NCBI GenBank assembly: GCA_964452565.1
Contig: CAYVLY010000002.1
Span: 119,166-183,165, forward strand
Source of the DNA: an uncultured Gammaproteobacteria bacterium
GTDB lineage: Bacteria; Patescibacteriota; Patescibacteriia; UBA9934
Length of the DNA: 64,000 nt
Direction: 5' to 3'
Every line of letters begins with the position of its first letter. Within the stretch, counting starts at the first letter, position 1. Shown in pieces: positions 9,167 to 18,406 of the stretch. Below the pieces are notes generated by a model. The model did not search any database. It was not told where the DNA came from and saw only the letters and a list, made by a program, of their open reading frames with translations. A program made the translations under genes and the position numbers.

Positions 9167-9988
9167 TTGAGTCACCTTTCAACCCTCGTTCCTTCGATGG
9201 TCTGTGGCGACCGGGTAAGCATACCATTCGTCGGCCTGGCCTTCCACAGATCGCGCTCCGCAAGAACCGCATCCGCGAACCGGCCTGTCGGCATGAACAT
9301 CAATATCTCCATTCGCCTTCACCCACCGCATAGCCTCGGGTTCCTCTTGGACCAGTTCAGGGAGGAACTTGAGCAGGTCATGGCATGGGTGGGGGGCCTG
9401 GACTCTCCGAGGCTCCTGGTCCAGTCCCAAGACGACTCCACGAGATCTGTCGTTCCGACAGAGTACATATCTACACGCCACCGATTACCTCTCTCCTTAG
9501 GGCGCGCCCTCCTGGTCGCCGAGGACGCATGGGGCCTCCTGAAGAGCCACCATCCAGAGCTGCCGGATGCGGTGATCCGCATCGGCACGCAGGACCAGTA
9601 CATGAAGAAGGGGCACTGGAGTCCCTCTCGCTGGCGGATTCAAGGCCAGGATCTGGGTGAGGTGATGATCGCGGGAGAGCACTTCCATAGGGGAGGAGAG
9701 GCAATTACTGCGACCCTGATCCACGAATCTGCCCATTCTCTGGGTACATATCGGGGCATCAAGAACTGCATCGGCGGAACCTACCACACTCAGGCTTTCG
9801 TTGAATTGGCCCACGAGGTCGGCCTGCATGTCTACGAACCATCGAAGAAGTACGGATTCGGTCACACCTCTCTGACAGCCTCGACCAGGAGCATCTTCAG
9901 CAGCCACATCAGGGAGTTGGACAGGCTCTTGACTGGCTTCCGGCTCTCGAAGGGACGCCATACCATGCGTGGAAGGGAGGTGAGATGA
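9167..9988 (+). CDS. Putative zinc metallopeptidase (HExxH)
   Basis: Motif ATLIHESAHSL (HExxH). Start may be the internal Met at 9293. Stop overlaps the next start (ATGA at 9985). Confidence 0.45.
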   Translation: MSHLSTLVPSMVCGDRVSIPFVGLAFHRSRSARTASANRPVGMNINISIRLHPPHSLGFLLDQFREELEQVMAWVGGLDSPRLLVQSQDDSTRSVVPTEYISTRHRLPLSLGRALLVAEDAWGLLKSHHPELPDAVIRIGTQDQYMKKGHWSPSRWRIQGQDLGEVMIAGEHFHRGGEAITATLIHESAHSLGTYRGIKNCIGGTYHTQAFVELAHEVGLHVYEPSKKYGFGHTSLTASTRSIFSSHIRELDRLLTGFRLSKGRHTMRGREVR

Positions 9989-11769
9989 GCGCTCTTCTGG
10001 CCTTCGTACGGGGTCTTTTTGCCATTCCAGCCCCGCCAGCGTTCCGCTCGCAACTCGATATGGCTTCCTCGGGGGAGCAGATGGATGAAGAGCTTCCGCC
10101 GCTCGCTCGTGAGCAGCCACATCGTGCCGACCTACTCCTCGATGAAGACACCTTCTGTGCCGAGGACACGGCGCAACACCGAAGCACACAGCTTCAGGAG
10201 CAGCAAGCAGCCCAGGAGACGGAGCACGACCTTGATGACCATTACCTCGCCTTTCCAGCCCCGCTCTTGGATGTGGCCTGGTTGATCGGGTGTGCAGTCT
10301 TCTCTGCGGGTATCGCCGTCATCGACACGTGGACTTTCCTGAACGTTGGCGCCCTCCGGGTCGGCGTTGATCCAGCTACCGTCTTCTCCGAGCCGAGAAG
10401 CACCCAGGGCATGGTGTTCGCTTGGGCTTTCGGTCTGGTCCTATCTGGTCTCCTGCCAGCCCACGTCTTCCTCGATAGCGCGTACCCCTCGCAGGGGCCG
10501 CAGAGATGGCTTCTGGCCACCGCGTCTGGACCAGTTCTGCTCGGCACGTGCTACCTGCTCGCCAAGGTTCGTGAGGAAGCGAGCGGCAGCGTCAGCCTTC
10601 TCGAGGCCAACGCCCAGAACGCGGGACCGGATTTCGAGATGTTGCTCCTGCCCATCCTGCTTTCAGTGACTCTCTCCATTCTTCTTGCTGCTGGAATCCG
10701 GCAATGCAGGGTGCTGGCAGGCAGAATCCGCGGGGACATCTCCAAGACGTTCAACCAACGATGGGTCATCAGGCGCAGGCGCTCAAGGGTGCGTCAGTCG
10801 GAACGCGCGATTCGCTCAATTCGCCGCCGTCGCCATCAGATTGCCCAGCACTTCGACGCCGCCCATGTCTTAGGCCAGGCCCTTGCTGGAGACAATCCCG
10901 ATCTCACTCAACCGGAACGAGAGCGCCGTGCCGAAGTCCGTGCGCAGGCCACCCGGACTGCTTTGGGCCTTGAGGTAGGTCAGCGTGCTCGCCGATTCCT
11001 GTTCGGTGGCCTCATGCTCGGCACCGCAGTGCTCCTCCTCTTCTTGATGGCAGGCTGTGAGCCGATGCCGGCGCGATCTGCAGGCGTGGTCGTAGTCTAC
11101 GACGCTTCTTCCAGTGCGGGTCTCTGCAATGAGCAGGGGTGCAGGACAGAGGACCTGGTGGAGCTCTACAAGGGGTTCTCCGAAGCCACTCGCCTTCGTC
11201 AAGGTTCTTGGTTCGAGGTGGTTTTGGTCGGACGAGACGCCCATGTGGCCAGCCTGTACCGATCCCCTGCGTCTGACTTCTCCACAGGGGGCAACCTCCT
11301 CGAAGCCAAGCGGCTTCATGTCCAGGAGCAGAGCAGCCGGATCAGCGAGCTCGATATCGACAGCGGGCAGGCAAGCAGCGCAGTTTCCTATGCGATCTCA
11401 AGCGCGGGAAGGAGACTATCCGAGTCGGAGACCACCCACTCGTATCTCGTCGTGCTCTCTGACCTACGTGACATTCGGCGGGGCCGCTGGAACCTGGAGC
11501 GTCGCGTTCCCGAACCGCAGGAGTACATCGACCTCCTGCAGGCCGACGGCTCCTTCCCCGACCTCAAGGGTGCGGAGGTTCGGGTCTGCGGGGCCCATGA
11601 TCGCCCAGAGCCAGGAATGCACGACTGGAATCCGGCCATGCACAAGGCGCTCACCTCATCCTGGAACGCGGTCTTCAAGGCCGCTGGCGCCTCCTCCTGG
11701 AGGCTCTCGGAGTTCTGCGATTTCAAGAGCTTCTTCAACGATTTCAATGCGTCTACTCCCCACAGATGA
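9985..11769 (+). CDS. Polytopic membrane protein with a C-terminal von Willebrand factor A (vWA)-like domain
   Basis: Several hydrophobic helices in the N-terminal 250 aa. The C-terminal soluble part carries a MIDAS-like DxSxS motif (VVVYDASSSAG). Confidence 0.6.
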   Translation: MSALLAFVRGLFAIPAPPAFRSQLDMASSGEQMDEELPPLAREQPHRADLLLDEDTFCAEDTAQHRSTQLQEQQAAQETEHDLDDHYLAFPAPLLDVAWLIGCAVFSAGIAVIDTWTFLNVGALRVGVDPATVFSEPRSTQGMVFAWAFGLVLSGLLPAHVFLDSAYPSQGPQRWLLATASGPVLLGTCYLLAKVREEASGSVSLLEANAQNAGPDFEMLLLPILLSVTLSILLAAGIRQCRVLAGRIRGDISKTFNQRWVIRRRRSRVRQSERAIRSIRRRRHQIAQHFDAAHVLGQALAGDNPDLTQPERERRAEVRAQATRTALGLEVGQRARRFLFGGLMLGTAVLLLFLMAGCEPMPARSAGVVVVYDASSSAGLCNEQGCRTEDLVELYKGFSEATRLRQGSWFEVVLVGRDAHVASLYRSPASDFSTGGNLLEAKRLHVQEQSSRISELDIDSGQASSAVSYAISSAGRRLSESETTHSYLVVLSDLRDIRRGRWNLERRVPEPQEYIDLLQADGSFPDLKGAEVRVCGAHDRPEPGMHDWNPAMHKALTSSWNAVFKAAGASSWRLSEFCDFKSFFNDFNASTPHR

Positions 11770-11797
11770 ACACCAACAAACGGAGAAGTACGAGATG

Positions 11798-12739
11798 AAT
11801 ACGATCCCCCTCTTTCAGGCCGGTGCTCATCGAGGCGGCCGCGAATACCGAAGAGCCCTGGTGCGTTCTGGTCAAGCTGATCGCATCGCCGACATCGTCA
11901 TCGCCGATCCCAAGCCCAACAGAGCCACCCGTGAGGCCGAAGAGTACTCCCGGATGGGGTTGAGGACCCTGGCGCTCCAGGAATCCTGCGAGTCTGCGGT
12001 CCGTCAGGTGGACGACGAGCGCCCCATCGTGGCGCTCGTTGACGAGGTCGCCCCCATGGCGCACCTCATCGAGCATCGAACGCGACAGCCCGTGCTCGTC
12101 CAAGGAGTCGGCCGCGGCCCCTCGCTCAACGGCAGCACATCGCCGGCCTTTGGTATGACCTTGGCCAGTTTCCCCGAGCGGGCACAAGAACGCGGGCCTG
12201 CGACGGAGCTGCTGCAGACGTTGGCCAGGCTTTCGCCGCCGGCGAGTTCGCAGGCGATCTCGCGAGATCCGCTCAACGCCATGCGCCTCCACCGAGTGCG
12301 CCGCAACACGAGCGAGGTCACCGCCCATCGCGTTCTGGAACTCGACCGCACACGGGAGCAGGACGATCTTCAGGCCCTGCTGTGGGGCGAGGGCACCTAT
12401 CCCCTGGTTCTGGCTCGCGGCCAAGGCCGTGACGCTCTGGAGGCCCAGAGCCAGGCGCTCGACCTCGTTCCCAGGCGCCCGCACGTGGCCGTGGCGATCT
12501 TCTCCCGCAACCCGGATCGAGTGGACATCTTCGTACTCGATCCCACCACGCGCAGAGATGGCCACTTCGTGCGGATGCACGTTCCGTTCCACGCGCCCGC
12601 CCCCGCTCCCCAACAGATGGGACGCCGGATCATCGACGTGAGCCCCTCCCCGGTGAGCTTGCCCGCCAGAAGGCCCAGGCCGCCCAGGGCCGGCACACCG
12701 GTGCCGAGGTCGGCCATCCGCGCGGCGTTCACCGACTGA
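11798..12739 (+). CDS. Hypothetical protein (313 aa)
   Basis: RBS GGAGA upstream of ATG 11798. Same strand and operon position as its neighbours. The competing minus-strand ORF 11753..12874 lacks operon context. Confidence 0.45.
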   Translation, partial: NTIPLFQAGAHRGGREYRRALVRSGQADRIADIVIADPKPNRATREAEEYSRMGLRTLALQESCESAVRQVDDERPIVALVDEVAPMAHLIEHRTRQPVLVQGVGRGPSLNGSTSPAFGMTLASFPERAQERGPATELLQTLARLSPPASSQAISRDPLNAMRLHRVRRNTSEVTAHRVLELDRTREQDDLQALLWGEGTYPLVLARGQGRDALEAQSQALDLVPRRPHVAVAIFSRNPDRVDIFVLDPTTRRDGHFVRMHVPFHAPAPAPQQMGRRIIDVSPSPVSLPARRPRPPRAGTPVPRSAIRAAFTD

Positions 12740-12749
12740 AGGAGAGTCC

Positions 12750-13232
12750 ATGAAGCGCATCCTGCCTCTGGCCATCATCGCCATCATCATCCTGACCGCG
12801 TTGGCTGGCCCGGTCGTTTCCGGCTTCCTGTTCATGGGAGCCATCCTGTGCTTCGCGGGCGCCGGGTGCATCATGATTGCCGGAGCAGAAGCACTGGCCG
12901 GGCGTCTGGCCGCCTACGCGGGAGGCTGTCTTTTCGCGGGGATTATCCTGCGGGCCGTCGCTGGGGCGAGCGCTCAGTTGAGTCCGAGCATCATGGTCGG
13001 GCTCCTGGCGCTCCTGGGCTTGGTCGTGCTTGCAGGAGCCTTGGTCCTCCTGTCCCGGATCATCGTGCAACGGCCGCCGGCGGGTCCTCGACCTCGGCCC
13101 ATGGCCAGACCACGGGCTCGCCTGGTCGAGCACATCGAATCCGATCCTACCGCGTGGGTGGGCACTCGACAGTCTGCTCGCACCGACGACGAGCTGGGCA
13201 TCCTCGGTGAGGGTGATGTTCGCCAGAGATGA
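12750..13232 (+). CDS. Small membrane protein with four TM helices
   Basis: RBS AAGGAG. Glycine/alanine-rich TM helices. Possible membrane partner of the downstream ATPase. Confidence 0.55.
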   Translation: MKRILPLAIIAIIILTALAGPVVSGFLFMGAILCFAGAGCIMIAGAEALAGRLAAYAGGCLFAGIILRAVAGASAQLSPSIMVGLLALLGLVVLAGALVLLSRIIVQRPPAGPRPRPMARPRARLVEHIESDPTAWVGTRQSARTDDELGILGEGDVRQR

Positions 13233-14700
13233 GCGACTACCTGTGGGGCAAGGGCAGCAGGACGTGCTCCCGCTGGCCGCCTCCACATTGGTCGAGGCCC
13301 ATTCGGCTCAAGTGGGTGGGACGGGATCTGGTAAGACCGGTTTCCTCATCGGCAGGGTCATGACCCTCCTCTCGTGCCTTCCCGGACGAGTCCACGTCTG
13401 CGTCCTGGATGGCAAAGGAGAGGCAGCCAGAGATCTACTCGGCACGTTCGCCCCAGCAATTGCCCACGAGAGCTGGGGGCTCAAGGCAGACCAGATTGGT
13501 GTCTGCTCGCCCTGGAAAGATGGCTGCCACGTCGGCCTGAACCTGCTCGCCCGACAGCCGGGGATGCCGGTCGATGTGCAAGCAAGCCAGGCCAGCAGAG
13601 CGATTCAGCGACTCGTAGGTGACAACTTCGGGCAGCGAATGGCCCCGATGATCATGATGGTTCTACGAGCCGTAATCGAGCTCAAGGGCTCGCTGCACGA
13701 CGTACTTCGTATCCTGGAAGACGACGAAATCGGCATCGCAGTAGGCCGACGAGTTCGAGACCCCGATGTCCGGCGCTATCTCATCGAAGTGCTTCCACGC
13801 GAGCCAGCGGCGACCAAGGCAGCTCTGCGGGCGCGTCTTGTGGGCCTCTTGGGTCTGCGGGCGATGCGCGCCATGCTCTGCTCCAGAGAGAGCATCACCG
13901 GAGTGGACTTCATCAATTCCCGGTTGAGCATCATCGACCTCGGAGGGGCGCCACCAGGCCATGCAGATCTGTCCATGTGGCTTGGTACTTGGATTTTCAA
14001 CATCATCACCTCTGCGATCTTGAACCGGCCAGACGAGCCCGGCAGACCACAGCTCTGTCTGTTCGTGGATGAGTTCCATCATCTGATCCACTCGCACGCT
14101 GACCTTGAGCAGCTCCTGACGATGGCCCGTTGGAAGGACACCAGCGTGCATCTGACGACTCAATCTCTGGCCCAGGTGCAGAACCAGCGGCTCATTCAAA
14201 CGGCCCTTGCTAATATTGGAATGTTCGTAGCGTTTCGCCCGCGGCCTGAAGACCTGCACCATTTTGGGCACCTCATTTCAGGCAGGGGTCACGTAGTGGA
14301 CCCCGAGCTTCCAGATCGGTTGCTGGAGCCTTCCAGGCAGACCCAGCTCTGGACCACCCGCCTTCGAGCACTGCCGCCTCGCTACGCTTGGCTTGTGGAT
14401 CTCTCACAAGGAGGGGAGAGCCACATCATCCGCAGCCTGGAGCTGCCATACCAGCGAGCCCGCCAGATCTCCGAACGCCTGTCAGCAGAACAGCGCCACG
14501 CCTTCTGGCGCGGCAAGTTCGGCAAGACCGTCGAGGAGCTCGAATCTGACGCTGCAACAGCTCTCAAGGGCATTCAGAAGCCAGGAGCAGGCCAACAGGG
14601 CGACATGCTCGATGGCCTCGGCAGCGGTGGATCCGGTCGGAGGGCCGGGCGTGGGAAGGGCAAGAAGAGCCCGACTTTCATGATGGAGCTACCAGAATGA
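13213..14700 (+). CDS. P-loop NTPase of the FtsK/TraD/VirD4-like coupling-protein type
   Basis: Walker A VGGTGSGKTGF and Walker B LCLFVDEFHH. Sits among Replic_Relax genes. Confidence 0.65.
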   Translation: MMFARDERLPVGQGQQDVLPLAASTLVEAHSAQVGGTGSGKTGFLIGRVMTLLSCLPGRVHVCVLDGKGEAARDLLGTFAPAIAHESWGLKADQIGVCSPWKDGCHVGLNLLARQPGMPVDVQASQASRAIQRLVGDNFGQRMAPMIMMVLRAVIELKGSLHDVLRILEDDEIGIAVGRRVRDPDVRRYLIEVLPREPAATKAALRARLVGLLGLRAMRAMLCSRESITGVDFINSRLSIIDLGGAPPGHADLSMWLGTWIFNIITSAILNRPDEPGRPQLCLFVDEFHHLIHSHADLEQLLTMARWKDTSVHLTTQSLAQVQNQRLIQTALANIGMFVAFRPRPEDLHHFGHLISGRGHVVDPELPDRLLEPSRQTQLWTTRLRALPPRYAWLVDLSQGGESHIIRSLELPYQRARQISERLSAEQRHAFWRGKFGKTVEELESDAATALKGIQKPGAGQQGDMLDGLGSGGSGRRAGRGKGKKSPTFMMELPE

Positions 14701-15044
14701 CCGCCGCACTCCTCAACGCTCTGGGGCAGGTCCAAGGGTCCTTGCTCATGCGCCTTGGACTGGCGCTGCTTGTGCTGCCTCTGCTGCCTGTGGCGGTAGT
14801 TGTCGATGGGCTGCGATCGCTCATCCGCGCGCAGGCGGAATCTCGGGTGCTCTCTGCTGGAACAGCTCTCTGCCCTGCTGGGCACCGGCTGTCGCTGCAG
14901 GGCGCATATGAGTGCGAGCAATGCCGGCTTCCCTTTGAGGGGCATGGCTTTGGAGAGTGCCCACACTGTCGGCACGTGGCCCACAGCCTCCGATGTCCAT
15001 GCGGCCGAGTGGTCGTCAATCCTCTGTGGAGCCCAGAGCCGTGA
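14697..15044 (+). CDS. Small protein with an N-terminal TM helix and a C-terminal Cys-rich zinc finger
   Basis: ATGA start/stop overlap with the ATPase gene. CEQC...CPHC...CPCG cysteine cluster. Confidence 0.45.
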   Translation: MTAALLNALGQVQGSLLMRLGLALLVLPLLPVAVVVDGLRSLIRAQAESRVLSAGTALCPAGHRLSLQGAYECEQCRLPFEGHGFGECPHCRHVAHSLRCPCGRVVVNPLWSPEP

Positions 15045-15100
15045 GCAAGCTGAAGTGCCCAGCTCGGACTCGGCCCCGCCCTCCTGGCGGAACCAGGGTG

Positions 15101-16006
15101 ATGCCCAGGGACAAGCTCATTCTGTTGCTCGTGGCCAGATGCGCCCCGGTGACCACCACCCAGGTCCGAACCTACCTGGAGTGCAGCACAGATGTTGCCC
15201 AGCGCCGCTGCCGGGTGCTTCGTGATCATGGGCTGCTCCAAGTGACGCTCGATCCCCGAGGGCTCCATCGGCCCAACCTGCTGACTCTCGGTCTGCCAGC
15301 CATGCCGGTGCTCGACCAGACCTTCGGCTTGAGCCCCGAGCAGTGCCGCCGCCCCAAGGCCATGCCGAGGAACCTGGATCATCACCTTGGAGTCGTGGAC
15401 CTCTACATCCAGTTGAAGGCCGCCACCACAAGATCGAAACGCATCGACCTCGCCGATTCGATGCTGGACTGGGAGCTGCGTCAAGGCCCTGGGGCCCGCC
15501 AGAGGCGGGTACAGGTGCCCGATCTGGTAGCTGTTCTTCAGAGCGACAGTGGGCGCATGGGGCTGGCCATCGAGGTGGACATGGCTACGCAGTCACCCGA
15601 CAGCGTGGTCAGGAACAAGGCCCTGCCATACGCCCAGGCCAGGCTGTCTGGCTCGACCCTCAAGGGCTGCCGCGACTGGGCAGTCCTGATGGTGAGTGCC
15701 AGCGTGCGCCGGCGCAACCGCCTGATGATCCGCCTGGGCCGGGAAGCGCTGCCGCTGGGATTGTTCTACTTCGCCGTCTCGGAGAACATCTCTGCCAGGA
15801 GCTTCCTCGGACGAACTACATGGCGGGCTCGCCACCTGGGCTCCGACGGAGTCGTGCGCTGGCCAGAGACCGACCCCTTTGCACCTATCAGGACGACCCG
15901 TCAGGTCCGTGCTGACGGGTTTCGTGCGCCGTCCAAGCCTTTGCAGGCCGCCAATGGCGCGCCCGCAAACTCCGATCTTGGTCCTCCCGGAGGACCACGG
16001 ACATGA
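15101..16006 (+). CDS. Replication-relaxation family protein (second paralog)
   Basis: LDHHLGVVDLYIQL and IEVDMAT motifs parallel the 3999..4862 product. N-terminal wHTH. Confidence 0.6.
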   Translation: MPRDKLILLLVARCAPVTTTQVRTYLECSTDVAQRRCRVLRDHGLLQVTLDPRGLHRPNLLTLGLPAMPVLDQTFGLSPEQCRRPKAMPRNLDHHLGVVDLYIQLKAATTRSKRIDLADSMLDWELRQGPGARQRRVQVPDLVAVLQSDSGRMGLAIEVDMATQSPDSVVRNKALPYAQARLSGSTLKGCRDWAVLMVSASVRRRNRLMIRLGREALPLGLFYFAVSENISARSFLGRTTWRARHLGSDGVVRWPETDPFAPIRTTRQVRADGFRAPSKPLQAANGAPANSDLGPPGGPRT

Positions 16007-16513
16007 CCTGCATCCCCAATCCGCTCTTTCTCCAGCTCATCGGTATCGAGAAGCCGATCTCCTCTTCCACTCCCCTCGACCTCGTTCCGCCCATGGACGA
16101 GGTTGCCCGCTGGGAAGAACACCAGGCGCAGCCTGTCTTCTGCCGCGGGACTGACCGGAACGGTGCCAACCACCACAACGCCAACTCTGTGGGGAGTATC
16201 TGGCGTTCAGGTGGCTGGCCGCTGTCGTGGTGCCTACTCCTGTCCCGCATGGCATCGGGCCATCCGACCATCGGGCCACGGGACTCCGGGACCTCGTTCG
16301 CGCCGGGTTCTTCCTGGCCGTCCAGAGCAGCGAGGGGCAGTGGAGGCTGGAGCCAGCTGGGTGGAAGCCATCCACTTGCAGACAATCACCATCTCGTAGC
16401 AGGAGGTGCTCTACATGAGGTAGTCAGGTGCCAAAGCGCATGGCAGTACGATCTGGCTGCGGTGAGGACCGGTAGGGGGCGGCCCCGCCTCATTCAACTA
16501 ATCCTCAATACCT

Positions 16514-16867
16514 ATGCCAAAGTCAAAGAAAAGGCGCCTCCCTCGCTGGGAAACCGATGTCGAGTGGTCCATGTGGGAGTTCAAGGTGTTCCGCCCGACG
16601 CCCTACGACGTCATCTGCGAGAATTACCTTATATATATGGTCAACGGTCAGCTTGGACCGATTCCGAAGGAACTGCTTCAGGTCCTCGGGAAGATCAGAC
16701 AGGCTCTCGAAAGTTCCCCTCGATTCGTGCAGACCGATTCAGAGGAAGACACCTGGGCCATCGTGGACTGGCTCAAGGACGACGATTCGTCCGAGTCCGA
16801 GGAGCCGACCACACAGGCCCGAAAACTCAAAGGGCATGTGCAGGATGGTCCTGCATCTTGCTCGTAA
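16514..16867 (+). CDS. Hypothetical protein (117 aa) with an acidic C-terminus
   Basis: Local GC drop and protein-like composition, unlike the surrounding Arg-rich spurious ORFs. Confidence 0.35.
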   Translation: MPKSKKRRLPRWETDVEWSMWEFKVFRPTPYDVICENYLIYMVNGQLGPIPKELLQVLGKIRQALESSPRFVQTDSEEDTWAIVDWLKDDDSSESEEPTTQARKLKGHVQDGPASCS

Positions 16868-16879
16868 CCTCAACACTCT

Positions 16880-17110
16880 ATGACAAGGATCACGCCAACC
16901 TGGGAGCAGTCCGTCGTGGCTGCTCTCCGAGATCTTGGTGGCGAAGCTCATCTCTCCGTCCTCAATCCAGAGGTCGCGAGGCTTCGCAAAGCCGCTGGGA
17001 TTCCACTACCGGCGACCTGGACGGCAACCATCAGGCGGACCTGCCAGCAGTCGAGTCAGATCGTCCAGGACGATCGAGGCTCCGGCGTCTGGCGACTCGT
17101 CACCAGGTAG
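16880..17110 (+). CDS. Small winged-helix protein (Mrr-N-like wHTH)
   Basis: 76 aa. The ...LPATWTATIRRTCQ...GSGVWRLVTR pattern resembles the N-terminal winged helix of Mrr-type restriction proteins. Confidence 0.4.
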   Translation: MTRITPTWEQSVVAALRDLGGEAHLSVLNPEVARLRKAAGIPLPATWTATIRRTCQQSSQIVQDDRGSGVWRLVTR

Positions 17111-17998
17111 TCAACCGGGCTGCCTGCTGCTTCGCACTTGATCGCCGCTGTACCACCAGCCTGCTTCGGGCCGCACCCGGCCGGTGTGGGGCCGTCCCAT
17201 TCCGGTTGAACCGCGCCAGATTCTGTCAGCCCAGGCAGCCACCCGCTGCTCCATGGGCTCTCCCTCCAGCTTTCCTGGCCCTGGCTCGTTGGCCAGGGTT
17301 CGCGCAGGCTGTTTCCCCTCACCGCGCCTGGAGCTCTCGCTCTGGGTGGCACGAGGCAACAGCTCCGTGACTGCCTACGGCGCTGCCAGGTTGCGCCTGC
17401 CCAGGCCTGCGGGCTCGCTGGGTTCGCCTTCTTGGTCGTGGCTGTGGGACCACCATGGGTCTTCTCCTCCTATCCAGGCTTCCCGCCTGGCAGGTACTGG
17501 GGGCTCTGTCTCCGTTGCGCTCTGCTCATCAGGGGCGCTTGGGGCTGCAGGAGAGGTGGGAGAGCTCTGGACGGCGAGGCAGCCAGGCCGTCATGGTCTT
17601 TCGTGCGTGAAGCCCCGTGGGTTGCTCTGCACCGGTCGGGTCGCGCGTCCTGTTCTCCACACCGTGGGAGGGATCGACAGGTGAGCAGTTCCCGCTACCT
17701 GCGCCGCATGTGGCGGGCGTCCCTTGGCCCGGCCTCCTTGCTGGCCTTGGATGAGTGCGTGGAAGCGCTTCCTGCTCCAGGTCCACAAGCAAAGACCTGG
17801 TTGGTGGAGACTGTGAGCCCCATCGGAGAGGTGGCGGGCGTCAAGGTCTGGCGCTGGGGTGAGGTGCTGGAGGCCATCGAGTCGAAGCGCAGGGGCGTTG
17901 GCGACAAGGAGCCTGCACACTGCGAGCCTGCGTATGCAGACCGCCCTCCGCGCGGGCATCATGTTGAAGAAGAATTGAGCGGTACTGGCACCGACTGG

Positions 17999-18406
17999 AT
18001 GACTGTGCGCCAAGCCGCAGAGCACTTCCAAGTCTCCGAACGACTGCTCCGCAAGCTGCTCTCCCAAGGGCGGCTTGACGAAGCCGTCGCTCGGGTAGGC
18101 CGAGCAGTGCGGCTCCATCGGGGCCGTCTTGTGACGGCACTCACTGGACAGGAGGATGCCCATGGCCTGGCTCCAAAAGAGCAAGAGGCTCAACCCGGAC
18201 ACGGGGAAGAAGGAAATCTACTACCGAATCTGTTGGAGAGTGAACGGCAAGAAGCGTACCCGCGGCATCGGGTTCTGCGGGGTGGTGGAGGCCAAGGAGC
18301 TTCTCAAAATCTTCGAGGGCAAGCAGGCCGTCGGCGAGGAGGTGGCTCCGCCGCCGAGTTCCGAGCCTACCTCCGCGGAGCCAGCACTGGTTCCGAAGCT
18401 GGCTGA
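17999..18406 (+). CDS. xis: Excisionase/MerR-like HTH protein (Xis). 3' extent uncertain.
   Basis: MTVRQAAEHFQVSERLLRKLLSQGRLDEAVARVGRAVRLHRGRL is a typical excisionase-family HTH directly upstream of int. The ORF continues about 250 nt into int in another frame. Confidence 0.4.
   Translation: MTVRQAAEHFQVSERLLRKLLSQGRLDEAVARVGRAVRLHRGRLVTALTGQEDAHGLAPKEQEAQPGHGEEGNLLPNLLESERQEAYPRHRVLRGGGGQGASQNLRGQAGRRRGGGSAAEFRAYLRGASTGSEAG

Noticed and set aside
11114-12874. Overlapping long ORFs 11114..12739 (plus) and 11753..12874 (minus)
   Set aside because: The 5' part of the plus-strand ORF overlaps the vWA gene in another frame, so a trimmed version starting at ATG 11798 with an RBS was kept. The minus-strand ORF lacks operon context.
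16003-17370. 455-aa ORF on the plus strand
   Set aside because: Arg/Gly/Pro-rich low-complexity translation typical of out-of-frame reading in high-GC DNA. It overlaps the more protein-like small ORFs 16514..16867 and 16880..17110.
17432-17998. Upstream 190 codons of ORF 17432..18406
   Set aside because: Composition is spurious (RGAWG, RRGG runs). Only the C-terminal portion from Met 17999 resembles an excisionase HTH.
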